Notes under the pieces: model-generated
Databases searched by the model: none
What the model saw: the letters and a program-made list of their open reading frames with translations, nothing else
What the model was told of the DNA's origin: nothing
Made by a program: the position numbers and the translations under genes
From: a virus
DNA length: 64,000 bases
IMG/VR virus record: IMGVR_UViG_3300033149_003257
Span: 32,001 to 96,000 of that record
Strand: one strand, 5' to 3'
Shown: positions 8,776 through 19,752 of the stretch, in pieces
Layout: each line of letters starts with the position of its first letter
Position numbering within the stretch: the stretch's first letter is position 1

Positions 8776-9081
8776 TCACCTCCGTCTAATACTAAACTTT
8801 TTAGTTGGTGTTTCTAACCATTCTACTTTTTGGAATGGGACAGATCTCCAATCATTTTTTTCTAAATCAAAAACATGAATAATTTTATTATCTTTTAATA
8901 ACTTTAAAATTTTTTCTATATTTACAGATTTTGGTTTTTTGGAATCAGGTATTTTATCAAAATTTAAAGTACATTTCATAATTCTTATACTTCCATCTTG
9001 TTTTTTAAACCTTATATTTACCGAATCCTCTCCTCGAACTTTTCTCCAAAATTCTATTACACTATCTATAAAGTCTTCCAT
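8776..9081 (-). CDS. WYL_2/Sm-like SH3-fold protein
   Basis: FKKQDGSIRIMKCT...IHVFDLEKNDWRS motif. Confidence 0.75.
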   Translation of the reverse strand: MEDFIDSVIEFWRKVRGEDSVNIRFKKQDGSIRIMKCTLNFDKIPDSKKPKSVNIEKILKLLKDNKIIHVFDLEKNDWRSVPFQKVEWLETPTKKFSIRRR

Positions 9082-9095
9082 ATTCCTCCATTAAA

Positions 9096-10121
9096 TTATA
9101 TCCTTTTTTCTCGGTGCATAACAATTTCTGATAAACTAGGGTTTTTTTCAACAATATTTGACATTAACATACATGTCCAATTACATTTTCTACAAAGTTC
9201 TTTTTTATTCTTTTTAATAAAAGAATTTAAAAATGGACTTATTTCTTTATCTTTCAAAAATATTTTATCTGCTGGAAATACTCCAATACTTCCTTTTATT
9301 CGCAAACATAATCTAACCGTTCCATCAGCATCTATTGATAAATTATGTAAATTATTTTCAATTTTACAATCCATCTCAGATGGAAGTATATTTATAATTT
9401 TATTTAAAAAGTTAGATCCCATATGTACATCTAAATTCTCTTTTTGTATTAAATCTATTTGCTCTTCTAAAATTTTTGTTCTACTTACTAAGAGACTTTT
9501 ATCAGAAACATTAGAAAAATCATAATATGGAGTTTTTGCTATATCAATAAAAGTTATAGAACTACTTATATTATAGTCAGATAAATATTTTACTAGAGAA
9601 TATAAATACTCAACATTATTATTATCAACTGTAATTTCAGCAACTAGATCTTTTATAATTCCTTTATATTTAGAAAGATTTATTAATCCCTGTGTACTTT
9701 TTTTCATTCTGTCAGAAAATTCTTCATCAGAGAAAATTAGTGGATCAATTGAAGAAGTCAATCCAGAAATATATGGTACACTAATCATTAAATCTTCTAA
9801 TTTATCTTGAACTTCTTCTGAATTATTTGTAATAATTGTATAATGTATACCTTTCTTATTACAATATACAACTATTTCTGCAAGATCTTCTCTTAATAAT
9901 GGTTCACCACCATAAAATATATGAAACATATCTGAATTATGGTTATAAAATTTTTCTAAACAATTTATAACAAACGAAGTAGACATTTCATTTTCATAAT
10001 AATATTTCATATTTGGATATGCTTTTGGTTTATCTTTATAATTTCTAACAATTCCACAATAAGAACATCTAAGATTACACTTTCTTGTTAATAACCAATT
10101 AACAATTCTAATTTCTGACAT
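9096..10121 (-). CDS. radical SAM protein
   Basis: CNLRCSYC, YGGEPLLR, IITN, C-terminal Cys cluster (CL...CRKCNWTC). Confidence 0.9.
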   Translation of the reverse strand: MSEIRIVNWLLTRKCNLRCSYCGIVRNYKDKPKAYPNMKYYYENEMSTSFVINCLEKFYNHNSDMFHIFYGGEPLLREDLAEIVVYCNKKGIHYTIITNNSEEVQDKLEDLMISVPYISGLTSSIDPLIFSDEEFSDRMKKSTQGLINLSKYKGIIKDLVAEITVDNNNVEYLYSLVKYLSDYNISSSITFIDIAKTPYYDFSNVSDKSLLVSRTKILEEQIDLIQKENLDVHMGSNFLNKIINILPSEMDCKIENNLHNLSIDADGTVRLCLRIKGSIGVFPADKIFLKDKEISPFLNSFIKKNKKELCRKCNWTCMLMSNIVEKNPSLSEIVMHREKRI

Positions 10122-10140
10122 AAAAACTCCTTAATAAAAC

Positions 10141-12351
10141 TTAACTAAACAAAGATAACATTTCATCGCATTCAATTTGATCAATGTGCATATGACTTAT
10201 TATAAAAATAGATTTATCAAGAACGATTTTCTTTAATAATCTAGAAACATATAAAATGTTTTCCTCATCCAAAGAATCAAATATTTCATCCATTAATAAT
10301 AAATTAAATTTAATATGTTGAAAATTACTTTGTAAATCAGATAACATAAGAATAGTAGCAATATCAACAACTCTTGTTTGCCCACCAGAAAGCATATTTC
10401 TTGTATTAGATTTTGTCTGATTATCAAAAACATTTATAGATATCTTATCTCTAACTTCTCCAGATTTTGTAGTTTGTAAAGTATCAAATGATACAATATA
10501 TCTTCCATTAGAAATTTGATCCAAATAATAAGATACTCTATCATTCATAAAAGGAATACTTTCATCAATTAATAAACTAGGTATACCAGTAGATGAAAAG
10601 GCAATTTTCCAAAATTCTAAAATCTTAAGTTCATATTCTTTTTCTTTCTTACTTCTTTCAAATTTTTTGTTTTCATTATTGATTTCATCTATTTTATTTT
10701 TATAATAATGTAAATTACTTTCATCAAAAGTTTCTAATTGTTTACTTTCCAAAGAAGCTTTATTCATTTCTATTTGTATAGTAATATTATTTATTTGTTT
10801 ATTAATATCTTCTATTTCTCTTTCTATACAATCTTTTTTATTTTTTTCTATTTTTAAATTCTGTATTTCCTTTTCAAGATTTAACTTTTTATTTAGTAAA
10901 TCTTTAATAGAATTATCTTGTTTTTCTTTAGCAGAATTTTCTAGTTGTATTAAAACTTTACTAAGTTTTTCATCTATTTCTTTTATTTTAATAGATAATT
11001 GATTTGATAAATGTTTAATCTCTGTTTCAAAATCATTTTTAATTTGTTTCACAATTTCAGATTTCTCTTTTAATTTATCATTTAAATTATCTAACTTTGA
11101 TTTATATGGATTAATATAAATTTCAATTTCTTTAACTTGATTATCTAAATCTTCTATCTCTTTTTTTAAATGAATTTTATGGTCTTCAGTTATATCTTGT
11201 AAACAAAGAGGACATTTTGATGCTTCATTATTTATAGCATTTACAACTTTTTCTTGATCTCTAATTTTTCCCTGTAAATCTATTTCTTTCTTAGCAATAA
11301 TAGATTGAATTTCTTTTGCTTCTTCAATAATTGTTTCTATTTGATTTTCTTGTAAATTTTTTCCTTTTTCAAAATCTTCTTTTATTTTTATTTCATGTTC
11401 AGAAAAAGAAGTTCTAAGATCTTCTTTTTGCTTAAAAGCTAAAGATTTTAATTCAGACTCTTTTACAGATTTAGCAGACAAAATTTCTTGTTTAATATTA
11501 TCAAAATCAGTATTAATTTTATCTATTTCAAAATTAGTTTTTGATATTTTTGAATCTACTTCTCTAACAGATAAAATATCTGAATTCAATTTATTTAACT
11601 TTTGTAACATTTCATCTTTATTATTATTTAATATGATAATATTTTTTTGAATATCCTTAATATATAATTCTTTTTGTATATAAAACTTTTTCTTAGACTC
11701 TTCTATCTTTTGTATTTGTATTTCTGAATCCTTAAGTAGTTCAATATTAACACTTATCTTCTTATCAATTTCAGAAAGAGTTTGTAAAATATTTTCTATT
11801 CTCTTTGAAACTTCTCTATAATATAATACATATCTATCCAATAATAATATCTTTCTGAAAATTTCTTTTCGACTTGTATCATCCAAATCAGTAAAGAAAT
11901 CTTTAACTTTTTGAGAAAAGAAAAGAGTATTCATAAAAACTTTTCTAGAAACTAAAAGTCTTTCAACTTCTGGAACTACTTCTTTATGTCCTTTTTTATA
12001 TGGTTCTTCATCATTAATTCTAAGTGTAGCTAAATTTCCAATTTTATCATATTTCTGATATCTATCAACTCGATATTCTTGACTACTATTTAATTCATTA
12101 TCAAATATTTCAAACGTTACCCAAGTATGACAATTTTTATCTACAATATTGTTTACAACATCATCTCCTTTTTCATTTTTACTTGTTATACCATATAATG
12201 TAAAAGGAAAACACTCAAAAATAGTTGTTTTACCAGAACCATTTGGTCCAGTTATTAAAACTAATTTATTATCTTCAAAATTTATAACTACTGGATCTAT
12301 ATAACATCTAAAATTTTCCATTCCTATTTGTTTAAATTTTACTTGTCTCAA
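10141..12351 (-). CDS. sbcC: SbcC/Rad50/gp46-like recombination ATPase
   Basis: GPNGSGKT Walker A, coiled coil with CPLC hook, LSGGQ signature, LLMDE Walker B, ISH. Confidence 0.95.
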   Translation of the reverse strand: MRQVKFKQIGMENFRCYIDPVVINFEDNKLVLITGPNGSGKTTIFECFPFTLYGITSKNEKGDDVVNNIVDKNCHTWVTFEIFDNELNSSQEYRVDRYQKYDKIGNLATLRINDEEPYKKGHKEVVPEVERLLVSRKVFMNTLFFSQKVKDFFTDLDDTSRKEIFRKILLLDRYVLYYREVSKRIENILQTLSEIDKKISVNIELLKDSEIQIQKIEESKKKFYIQKELYIKDIQKNIIILNNNKDEMLQKLNKLNSDILSVREVDSKISKTNFEIDKINTDFDNIKQEILSAKSVKESELKSLAFKQKEDLRTSFSEHEIKIKEDFEKGKNLQENQIETIIEEAKEIQSIIAKKEIDLQGKIRDQEKVVNAINNEASKCPLCLQDITEDHKIHLKKEIEDLDNQVKEIEIYINPYKSKLDNLNDKLKEKSEIVKQIKNDFETEIKHLSNQLSIKIKEIDEKLSKVLIQLENSAKEKQDNSIKDLLNKKLNLEKEIQNLKIEKNKKDCIEREIEDINKQINNITIQIEMNKASLESKQLETFDESNLHYYKNKIDEINNENKKFERSKKEKEYELKILEFWKIAFSSTGIPSLLIDESIPFMNDRVSYYLDQISNGRYIVSFDTLQTTKSGEVRDKISINVFDNQTKSNTRNMLSGGQTRVVDIATILMLSDLQSNFQHIKFNLLLMDEIFDSLDEENILYVSRLLKKIVLDKSIFIISHMHIDQIECDEMLSLFS

Positions 12352-12397
12352 ACTACATAGCTCCTATAAGTATATTGAAAGGTATTGATGTATTCAC

Positions 12398-13405
12398 TTA
12401 TAATTCTACCTCACTACAAGAATTTACAATATCAATACCAACTGTTTTATAATCAATTCTCTTAGTTTCACTAATTTCTTTAATTTCTAAATATCTATCA
12501 AATCTTTCTGTTTCAGACATAGACATATCAATTCCTCTATTTGTAATATCAACTTGAGTTTTATTTACAATTCTAAAATCTTTATTTATATCATCAGTAT
12601 CAAAATTTTCTTTTTTAACTAAAACAACATCATGTCCATCATCTACTAATTTTTGAGATTCTTGAATTATATCTTGTTTATTTTCTTTTGTAATTATTAA
12701 TTGAAAATGTTTTTTATAACCAGTTGTTAATACACTTTCAATATTATGTTTATTTGTATCAATCACTAAAAATCTTTTTTCTTCATTCTTTTCATTCCAA
12801 TCTAATTGTATAGGAGATCCAACATATATAATATTACCAATTTCTTGAGGTTTATGATAATGTCCAAGCAAACAAGTTTTATAATTTTGTAATTGTGATA
12901 ATCTAATATCAGAAATAATTGATATACCACTACTAAGTTCAGCTTCATTTAATCCAAAATGAGCAATTAAATATTCGGAAGTACCATTTTTAATATCATC
13001 AACCATTTGATTAGACCATGGAATAAACAATATATTTTCTATTTGTTTTGTTTCATGAAACATAAATACATTTTTTTCATTATCTAAACACTTTAAAGAA
13101 GATATTCCACTTATCCCTCTAGAAGACATATCATGATTTCCATCTATAACATAAAAAGTTATATCTTCATTAGATCTTATATAGTCTAATAATACAGATT
13201 GGGCTAAAGAATGAATAATACTTTTAGTATGAAAAATATCTCCTCCAAAAAATATATTATTGATTTTATTTTTATGAGCATAATCAGATATATTATATAG
13301 AACTGTTTGTAAACTATGTAATCTTTCGGGAAGTTTCGTAGTTGATATAATTTTGTCTTGTGAATATAAAGACAAATGTAAATCTGCAGTATATATAAAT
13401 CTCAT
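12398..13405 (-). CDS. sbcD: SbcD/Mre11/gp47-like nuclease
   Basis: ADLH, GGDIFH, GNHD, GHYH metallophosphoesterase motifs; adjacent to sbcC. Confidence 0.92.
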   Translation of the reverse strand: MRFIYTADLHLSLYSQDKIISTTKLPERLHSLQTVLYNISDYAHKNKINNIFFGGDIFHTKSIIHSLAQSVLLDYIRSNEDITFYVIDGNHDMSSRGISGISSLKCLDNEKNVFMFHETKQIENILFIPWSNQMVDDIKNGTSEYLIAHFGLNEAELSSGISIISDIRLSQLQNYKTCLLGHYHKPQEIGNIIYVGSPIQLDWNEKNEEKRFLVIDTNKHNIESVLTTGYKKHFQLIITKENKQDIIQESQKLVDDGHDVVLVKKENFDTDDINKDFRIVNKTQVDITNRGIDMSMSETERFDRYLEIKEISETKRIDYKTVGIDIVNSCSEVEL

Positions 13406-14833
13406 TTAATCTCCCTTAATTATAGAAACTGCTTGATCCTCATCAATTTTAAATATTTTATTATTACTAATTAAAACAAAATTTATATTCCATTTTTTTG
13501 TTTGATAAAATTTTAATCGATTAAAAAATGTTTTTCTAATATCTTCACAACCATAATCAACCATATCTATAATAATTGGTGTTTTCTTTCCTTCTTTAGA
13601 TCTTACAACTCTTCCAGCTAATTGTTTAATATTAGATATTGGTGATGTCATTATAACACAATCTTTATGAGGAGCATCAATTCCATCTCTCATTTTTTGA
13701 GGTGTTGCAAAAACAACTTTATAATTTAATTTGTCTAACTGAGCATTCCCAGTAAACTTAGATTTACTAGACTCACTTACCCAATTATATAATAAATCAA
13801 CAAGTTTTATTCTCTCACATATAACAATTAAATCTCTATTTCTTTGTAATTTACTCAACATTCCTTTAATATTAGATAAAAATGTTTTTGATTTATAAAT
13901 TAAATTTAAATATCGTGCTCTTTGAAACTGCCCCTCCCAATGAAGATATATTCGTCTTTTAGGAATATCAATTTGATAATCTAATAATAAAACAGTAACA
14001 TTTGCATCCATAGTTCCTTCCGCTTCTTCATCAGAATAAACTGGTCCTAAATGATATTCAATAATATCACCATTTCCATCATATCTATAAGGAGTTGCAC
14101 TAAGTCCGTTTACATTAAAAGATGGTATATGTATTGAACATTCAGAAAATGTAGGAGCTCCAATTGTAGTATGAACTTCATCACCAACAAAATATCCAAT
14201 ATTTGCATCTTTTAAAGATTGTATAAATTTATTTCTATTTCTTTTTAATAAAGATATAAAAGTCTGATCTGTTGCTATAATAATTGGTTTTTCTAAATCT
14301 TTAAGAAATGTAGATGAAGAAAGTCGAGAAATATCATTTTCTTGTAAATTTGTAAAAGATAATATTCCTTGCGGTGGATCAGAATCTTTAATTCCCTTCC
14401 ACTGTTCAGCAAGAGAATCACGATGAACTAGAATCATAGTTTTCTTTTTAATAGATGCAATTTTAAATATAGTAATTACTGTTTTTCCTACACCCGGTTC
14501 AAGTTCTAAAATTCCTCTTTCAGAAGATAATAAATATTCTATTGCTCTTTTTTGAGTTTTATTTCTAGGAACAATTTTATGATAGATATCTATATCTTCT
14601 CCATGACTTGTATTATCAATAATTTCAAAATTTTCTATCTCTTCCTCAAGAGGAAAAAATCTAGGAATTAATAAATTTTCATTATGTTCTAAAAAGAATT
14701 TAACAACTACAAAACTCCCAGTAGAATAATCTTTATTCCTTCTAATTAATCTAGATTTTATTTTGTTATAAAATGACTGATCTTTATAATAATTAGGAAT
14801 AATAATTCCACCTCTTCTTGAGAAAGTAAACAT
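13406..14833 (-). CDS. SF2 DNA helicase (UvsW/XPB-like)
   Basis: PGVGKT, DEVH, LSATPYRYDG, QLAGRVVR. Confidence 0.9.
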   Translation of the reverse strand: MFTFSRRGGIIIPNYYKDQSFYNKIKSRLIRRNKDYSTGSFVVVKFFLEHNENLLIPRFFPLEEEIENFEIIDNTSHGEDIDIYHKIVPRNKTQKRAIEYLLSSERGILELEPGVGKTVITIFKIASIKKKTMILVHRDSLAEQWKGIKDSDPPQGILSFTNLQENDISRLSSSTFLKDLEKPIIIATDQTFISLLKRNRNKFIQSLKDANIGYFVGDEVHTTIGAPTFSECSIHIPSFNVNGLSATPYRYDGNGDIIEYHLGPVYSDEEAEGTMDANVTVLLLDYQIDIPKRRIYLHWEGQFQRARYLNLIYKSKTFLSNIKGMLSKLQRNRDLIVICERIKLVDLLYNWVSESSKSKFTGNAQLDKLNYKVVFATPQKMRDGIDAPHKDCVIMTSPISNIKQLAGRVVRSKEGKKTPIIIDMVDYGCEDIRKTFFNRLKFYQTKKWNINFVLISNNKIFKIDEDQAVSIIKGD

Positions 14834-14845
14834 ATTATAAATCCT

Positions 14846-15262
14846 CTAATCTAACGAAAAAGTAGCTTTTGAATTTTCATTTTCATAAATAGTTACATAA
14901 TCCATTTCTATAAGTATACTTATTTGTTTTAATTTATGTGATATTTCTCGATAAAGAATTTGACATAATATTTCAGCTGTTGGATCATAATTAAATTTAA
15001 TGATTTTCATATTTTTTTTCATTAAATCCATACAATCATCCATAGTATTTAACATTAATGCATGATCCCACTTATCTAATATTTCATTAACTATCTTCTT
15101 TAAATCAGAAAAATCTAGAAGCATATCATTATCATTTAAATATTCACTTTTAATTCCAACTAAAATAGTAAAATTATGACCATGAATATTAGAACACAAT
15201 CCACTATGCTTACTTAACCTATGACCCACAGGTATTGTAAATTTCTTTTCTATTTTAAACAA
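14846..15262 (-). CDS. queD: 6-carboxy-5,6,7,8-tetrahydropterin synthase
   Basis: GHRL...CSNIHGHN, LDFSDLK, WDHALMLN, PTAE, YENENS. Confidence 0.92.
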   Translation of the reverse strand: MFKIEKKFTIPVGHRLSKHSGLCSNIHGHNFTILVGIKSEYLNDNDMLLDFSDLKKIVNEILDKWDHALMLNTMDDCMDLMKKNMKIIKFNYDPTAEILCQILYREISHKLKQISILIEMDYVTIYENENSKATFSLD

Positions 15263-15289
15263 ATTTTGTCTCCTTAATTAAAATTAAGA

Positions 15290-15556
15290 TTATAATCGAA
15301 TTCCTTTAATATCTATAACACATTTCAAACCAAGTTGATATAATTGATTATTTAAAAAATTATGTAAAATTGATATATTTTCAAAAATAATACGTCTCAA
15401 TAAACTATAATCTATTTTAATTAAATGCCGGTGTAACATATTATCTATCCAAATAACTTCTCCAAAACCACCACAAAAACTACAAATATTTTGTATTTTA
15501 ACCATTTCTTCAACGATTTTTTCTCCATTACATTTTTCACAAATACATAAATTCAT
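15290..15556 (-). CDS. small CxxCxGxG zinc-finger protein
   Basis: CEKCNG and CSFCGGFGEVIW. Confidence 0.6.
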   Translation of the reverse strand: MNLCICEKCNGEKIVEEMVKIQNICSFCGGFGEVIWIDNMLHRHLIKIDYSLLRRIIFENISILHNFLNNQLYQLGLKCVIDIKGIRL

Positions 15557-16869
15557 ATGAATACCTCATATTGTTTTAATACTAACTGTTGTAAATTCTG
15601 TAAATCAGATTCTATAAGTTTAATTTTTTCTAGTAGTTCTTTTGTATCAGTATTTATAGTTAGTAATTTTCTAATTTTATATTTTGATATTAATTCTTTA
15701 ATTATTTCTTCAGAAACTCCACTATCTTCAGAGATTTTTTTGATAGAAGATTCTATATCAACATTTGAATTCATCAAATGACTTAATGATGGTTTGATCT
15801 TTTCTAGATTATTATATTCTTTAACTAATTGATTATTATAATTTATATCATTTACTAATTTATGTTTGTTAACTTTAGTAAACATATTATAAGTATCAAT
15901 TAACATATTATCAACAGATTTTATACAAACAGAATCGTTTATATAAACAACTATTTCAAATGGAATAGAACCTTTTAAAACTTCTTTCATTTTAGATATA
16001 AGTTTATTAAAAATAGCTTCTCTATTTCTTTGTTTTAAAACTTGAAAAACTATATTTGTTTTATCAGAAGATGAGTCAGTAAATCCAATATCTTGATTTT
16101 CTAATTCTTTCTGAAATTGATTTAAAATAGATTCAAATCTTTTTCCAGGAGGCCAAGATTTTAAAATTAATGTAGAGTTTGTATTATTTCTTCTAAAAAT
16201 TCCTTCAACTTGAATATTACACTTACCAGTAGTTAATAATTTTTTTAAATCTTCTTCTGAAGCAGTTATATTACAATCACTAATTGGTTTGATAACAGGT
16301 TCATCTCCAGATTTTGTAAGTAACCACATTAACCTTTTATATAAATCAGAAGTACTAAAAAATGGTATATAAGTTTTATAGCCAAATCCTATTCCTTGTG
16401 TATATTCTTTTCCCATTAAACAAAATGGAAACATAGTTGGAAGAATTGCAGGTTCCTTTTCTCCAAGATCATTAACTTCCCATTTTAAAGTATTAATATA
16501 TTTAAAAGCGATATTATATGTAAACTCAGATAATTTACATTCAGTATATCTTGACGCAGCAGCTCCAACAGGCTCTATTCCAACATTAGAACCAAAATTG
16601 CCTTGTCCATCTAAAAATCCCTGTTTTACCATTTGAACTAAAGTAGTATAAGCTTCACCATGAGGATGATAATTTCCAGTTGTATATGAATCAACTTGTT
16701 TACTCTTTTTAAATTTATTTCTAGCAATTTGATAAGCAGATAATAAAACTCTTCTTTCTACAGGTTTTAAACCATCTATTTGATATGGAAAACTTCGATA
16801 ATTAGAATATAAACCAAATTCTTTATATAATTTTTTTATAACTCTATCCATATTAAATATCTCCACCAA
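15553..16869 (-). CDS. gyrA: type IIA topoisomerase subunit A (GyrA/ParC/gp52-like, no CTD)
   Basis: DGLKPVERR, YHPHG, GQGNFG, AASRYTE catalytic Tyr. Confidence 0.92.
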   Translation of the reverse strand: MVEIFNMDRVIKKLYKEFGLYSNYRSFPYQIDGLKPVERRVLLSAYQIARNKFKKSKQVDSYTTGNYHPHGEAYTTLVQMVKQGFLDGQGNFGSNVGIEPVGAAASRYTECKLSEFTYNIAFKYINTLKWEVNDLGEKEPAILPTMFPFCLMGKEYTQGIGFGYKTYIPFFSTSDLYKRLMWLLTKSGDEPVIKPISDCNITASEEDLKKLLTTGKCNIQVEGIFRRNNTNSTLILKSWPPGKRFESILNQFQKELENQDIGFTDSSSDKTNIVFQVLKQRNREAIFNKLISKMKEVLKGSIPFEIVVYINDSVCIKSVDNMLIDTYNMFTKVNKHKLVNDINYNNQLVKEYNNLEKIKPSLSHLMNSNVDIESSIKKISEDSGVSEEIIKELISKYKIRKLLTINTDTKELLEKIKLIESDLQNLQQLVLKQYEVFI

Positions 16870-17081
16870 ATTCTTCTAAATTCCAATATGAGGTATATTT
16901 TCGAACCAATAAATACATATCTAATACAAATTTATACATTATTATTCATTAAAATTTTTGTAAGTGGAAAACAATTACAATTTTTCGAAATATAACTAAT
17001 CATTTCTTCTTTTAATTTATTCTTTTCTTCTTCACTTAAATATTTTAAAATCTTCTATATCTGAATTCAATTGTTATGTTG

Positions 17082-17339
17082 TTATGTAACATCTCCATTT
17101 TCTTGTATTTTTATATCTTCATATATAGAAACTTGTTTTCTGTAAAATTCTAATTTAGCACAATCCATAGTAGATATACATCTAGATAAATTAAAATAAC
17201 TTTTTCCTAAACGTTTTAAATACATTAAACAAAGTTTATATATACAATAATTTAATTCCCCATCTGCGTCAATTTTTTTCACTATTTCTTTTAAATGTTC
17301 ATCAAACTTCTCTCTTTGTTCTTTTTCAATATATGGCAT
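17082..17339 (-). CDS. conserved phage hypothetical protein
   Basis: MPYI...GELNY...AKLEFYRK...YEDIKI..NGDV; start moved to the ATG at 17339, coupled to the upstream stop. Confidence 0.7.
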   Translation of the reverse strand: MPYIEKEQREKFDEHLKEIVKKIDADGELNYCIYKLCLMYLKRLGKSYFNLSRCISTMDCAKLEFYRKQVSIYEDIKIQENGDVT

Positions 17340-17497
17340 TATTCTTTTCCTATAAGAGAACATTTTTTATTTCTTTTTTTATTTTCCAATTTTTTCTTTT
17401 TCTTACTCTTTCCCCAACTACAAATAAAATTATAATGTTCATCAATTGATAACAAATTGCAAGACGGACAATCTTTTGTTATTACTTTTTTATACAT
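17339..17497 (-). CDS. 52-aa Cys4 basic protein (missing from ORF track)
   Basis: MYKKVITKDCPSCNLLSIDEHYNFICSWGKSKKKKKLENKKRNKKCSLIGKE; paralogue of 37594-37809. Confidence 0.7.
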   Translation of the reverse strand: MYKKVITKDCPSCNLLSIDEHYNFICSWGKSKKKKKLENKKRNKKCSLIGKE

Positions 17498-19295
17498 CAA
17501 TAATTTCCTTTTCTAAAAGAAGCCTCTTTTCGTCAGAACTAGAAAATAATTTAATAAGATCATCCAAATTTTTACAATAATTCAATTGAACTAATTTTCT
17601 AGTGTTATTATCAACCAAACAATATTTCAATTGATTTGGAGATAATTCACCTAACCCCTTAAATCTACTTATTTTTCTATCATCATTCAATGCAATTTTA
17701 ACTTCATCATTTGACCATAATGGTTTAAAAAAATTCTTTTCATTAATTGCAAATAATGGAGTTTGTGCTATATAATACTTTCCTGAAATAACAATCTCTG
17801 GAACTAGAACAGCAATAATCATGGAAATTAAACATGCTATATGAGAACCATCTGGATCTGCATCAGTAGCACAAATAACTTTACTATATCTTAATTTATT
17901 AATATCAAAATGAGGAGTAACTCCAGTACCAAGAGATTGAATTAATTCACCAACTTCTTTATTTGCTAATATATTTTTCTTTGTAGCAATATTTGGTATT
18001 TTTCCTTTTAATGGTAAAACAGCAACTGTTCTTGGATCTCTACATTGTAATAAAGATCCAGCAGCTGAATCTCCTTCTACAATAAATAATTCTCCAAATC
18101 TACTTGTACAATCTCTTAATTTTGTATATTTAGTAGAAGCTCTTCTATTTACAGTATTAAGCTTTAACTTTTTTGAGTCTAACTTTTTTCTATAATTTTC
18201 AAAATGTTCTAAAAGTTTCTGAGTTAACTCTTGATTTACATTAAAATAATTCTCAATATTTTGTTTTAATTTAGAAGATAATACTTCTAAATAAGATCTT
18301 TTATTAACTAGTTTATCTTTAGTTTGTCCATGAAATTCTGGATTCTTTAAAGAAAGATTAATATAAGCTCTAATACCACATAAACAATCTTGTGGTTGAA
18401 ATTTTATTCCTAATTTCTTAGCTTTATTATTAAATATATCTTTAAGAATATCTACAAACCAATTTACATGAGTTCCTCCACTATCTATATGAAGTAAATT
18501 TACAGATGATAATATTCTAGGAGAAACACTTCCATTAAAAGAATAACAAAACATTACTTGAAAAATTTCAGGATCAATTTTGACCTTACTAGTCACAATT
18601 TCAGTTATATCTTTATCATTTTGTAATAAACAATAATTTTGAAAATAAATATTTCTATCTAATGAAATTACTTCTCTATTTTTATCAACATTTAAAATCA
18701 AAGTAACATTTGGAAGCTCAACTGATGATATAATCAATCTTTTTCTCAATCTATCAATATCTGGTTCTAGTTTCTCAAATATTTTCCGATCTGGCTTAAA
18801 TTCAATTTTAGTAGAAAATGGCCGATCTTTAGTATATTCAACTATATTTTTTCTTAAAAACTTAGCATTTTTAAATTCAAAAATTGCATATTTATTATCT
18901 CTATATATTTCAATTTTATAAGTTTCACTTAAAGCATTTACAGCTACCAAACCAATCCCATGTAAACCACTACTTATTTCATAAACAGATTTTCTATCTT
19001 GAAATTTAGCACCAGTATGTAAATGTTCCGAAATTAAAATTGGTACATCATTTCCGATTGGAATTCCTCTCCCATTATCAAGAACAGATATTACATTCTC
19101 TTTAGTATTTATATTTACTGCAATTACATCAGCACAACCAGCTTGAGCTTCATCTAATGAGTTATCTAAAGCTTCTTCAATAAGATGACAAGGATTGGAT
19201 GTTTCACCGACATACATACTTGGAGTAAGTCGAACATGTGTTATATCATCAATTTTAGATATATCTTTTTCATTATATTCTTTTTTCATTTTCAT
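17490..19295 (-). CDS. gyrB: type IIA topoisomerase subunit B (GyrB/ParE-like)
   Basis: EALDNSLDE, DNGRGIP, GLHGIG, VEGDSAAG, PLKGK, TDADPDG, RFKGLGE. Confidence 0.95.
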   Translation of the reverse strand: MKMKKEYNEKDISKIDDITHVRLTPSMYVGETSNPCHLIEEALDNSLDEAQAGCADVIAVNINTKENVISVLDNGRGIPIGNDVPILISEHLHTGAKFQDRKSVYEISSGLHGIGLVAVNALSETYKIEIYRDNKYAIFEFKNAKFLRKNIVEYTKDRPFSTKIEFKPDRKIFEKLEPDIDRLRKRLIISSVELPNVTLILNVDKNREVISLDRNIYFQNYCLLQNDKDITEIVTSKVKIDPEIFQVMFCYSFNGSVSPRILSSVNLLHIDSGGTHVNWFVDILKDIFNNKAKKLGIKFQPQDCLCGIRAYINLSLKNPEFHGQTKDKLVNKRSYLEVLSSKLKQNIENYFNVNQELTQKLLEHFENYRKKLDSKKLKLNTVNRRASTKYTKLRDCTSRFGELFIVEGDSAAGSLLQCRDPRTVAVLPLKGKIPNIATKKNILANKEVGELIQSLGTGVTPHFDINKLRYSKVICATDADPDGSHIACLISMIIAVLVPEIVISGKYYIAQTPLFAINEKNFFKPLWSNDEVKIALNDDRKISRFKGLGELSPNQLKYCLVDNNTRKLVQLNYCKNLDDLIKLFSSSDEKRLLLEKEIIDV

Positions 19296-19752
19296 CCTGT
19301 TTTTGTTCTTGTTTAACTAAGTATAATCCCTCTTTCATACATTCTATAAAATTAGAAATATGTTTCTCTCCTTGAAATATAAAATCTTCTTCCATATCTA
19401 AATATCCAGTAAAAATTAATTTAATTGAATTTTTTAGTCTATATTTAAAATTATCAAACCAATAAATAAATGTATTATCAAATAAATATAATAACGCTTG
19501 TTTAATTTTTCTTTTTATTACATATTCTTTAAAATTATCAAACCACAAAAGATCTCTACGATCAAATTTAAAAAAAGATACTCTTTTCCAGAATTCTAAA
19601 GATAACATATTTAATTCTTTATCAAAAGAAATATCAATATAAACATCATGAGAAGGATCTCCACATGAACAACTACATCTATATAAAACAGAGTCATCAT
19701 CATATTGATCACATAACATAACACCTTGTTTAAATTTTGACTCGTTTTTCAT
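19273..19752 (-). CDS. hypothetical protein
   Basis: 159 aa, CSCSCG...H motif. Confidence 0.65.
   Translation of the reverse strand: MKNESKFKQGVMLCDQYDDDSVLYRCSCSCGDPSHDVYIDISFDKELNMLSLEFWKRVSFFKFDRRDLLWFDNFKEYVIKRKIKQALLYLFDNTFIYWFDNFKYRLKNSIKLIFTGYLDMEEDFIFQGEKHISNFIECMKEGLYLVKQEQKQDENEKRI

Noticed and set aside
16870-17081. Possible gene remnants between gyrA and the upstream ORF (similar fragments at 56664-56875 and 21053-21161)
   Set aside because: Only short broken frames without recognisable motifs; cannot support a call.
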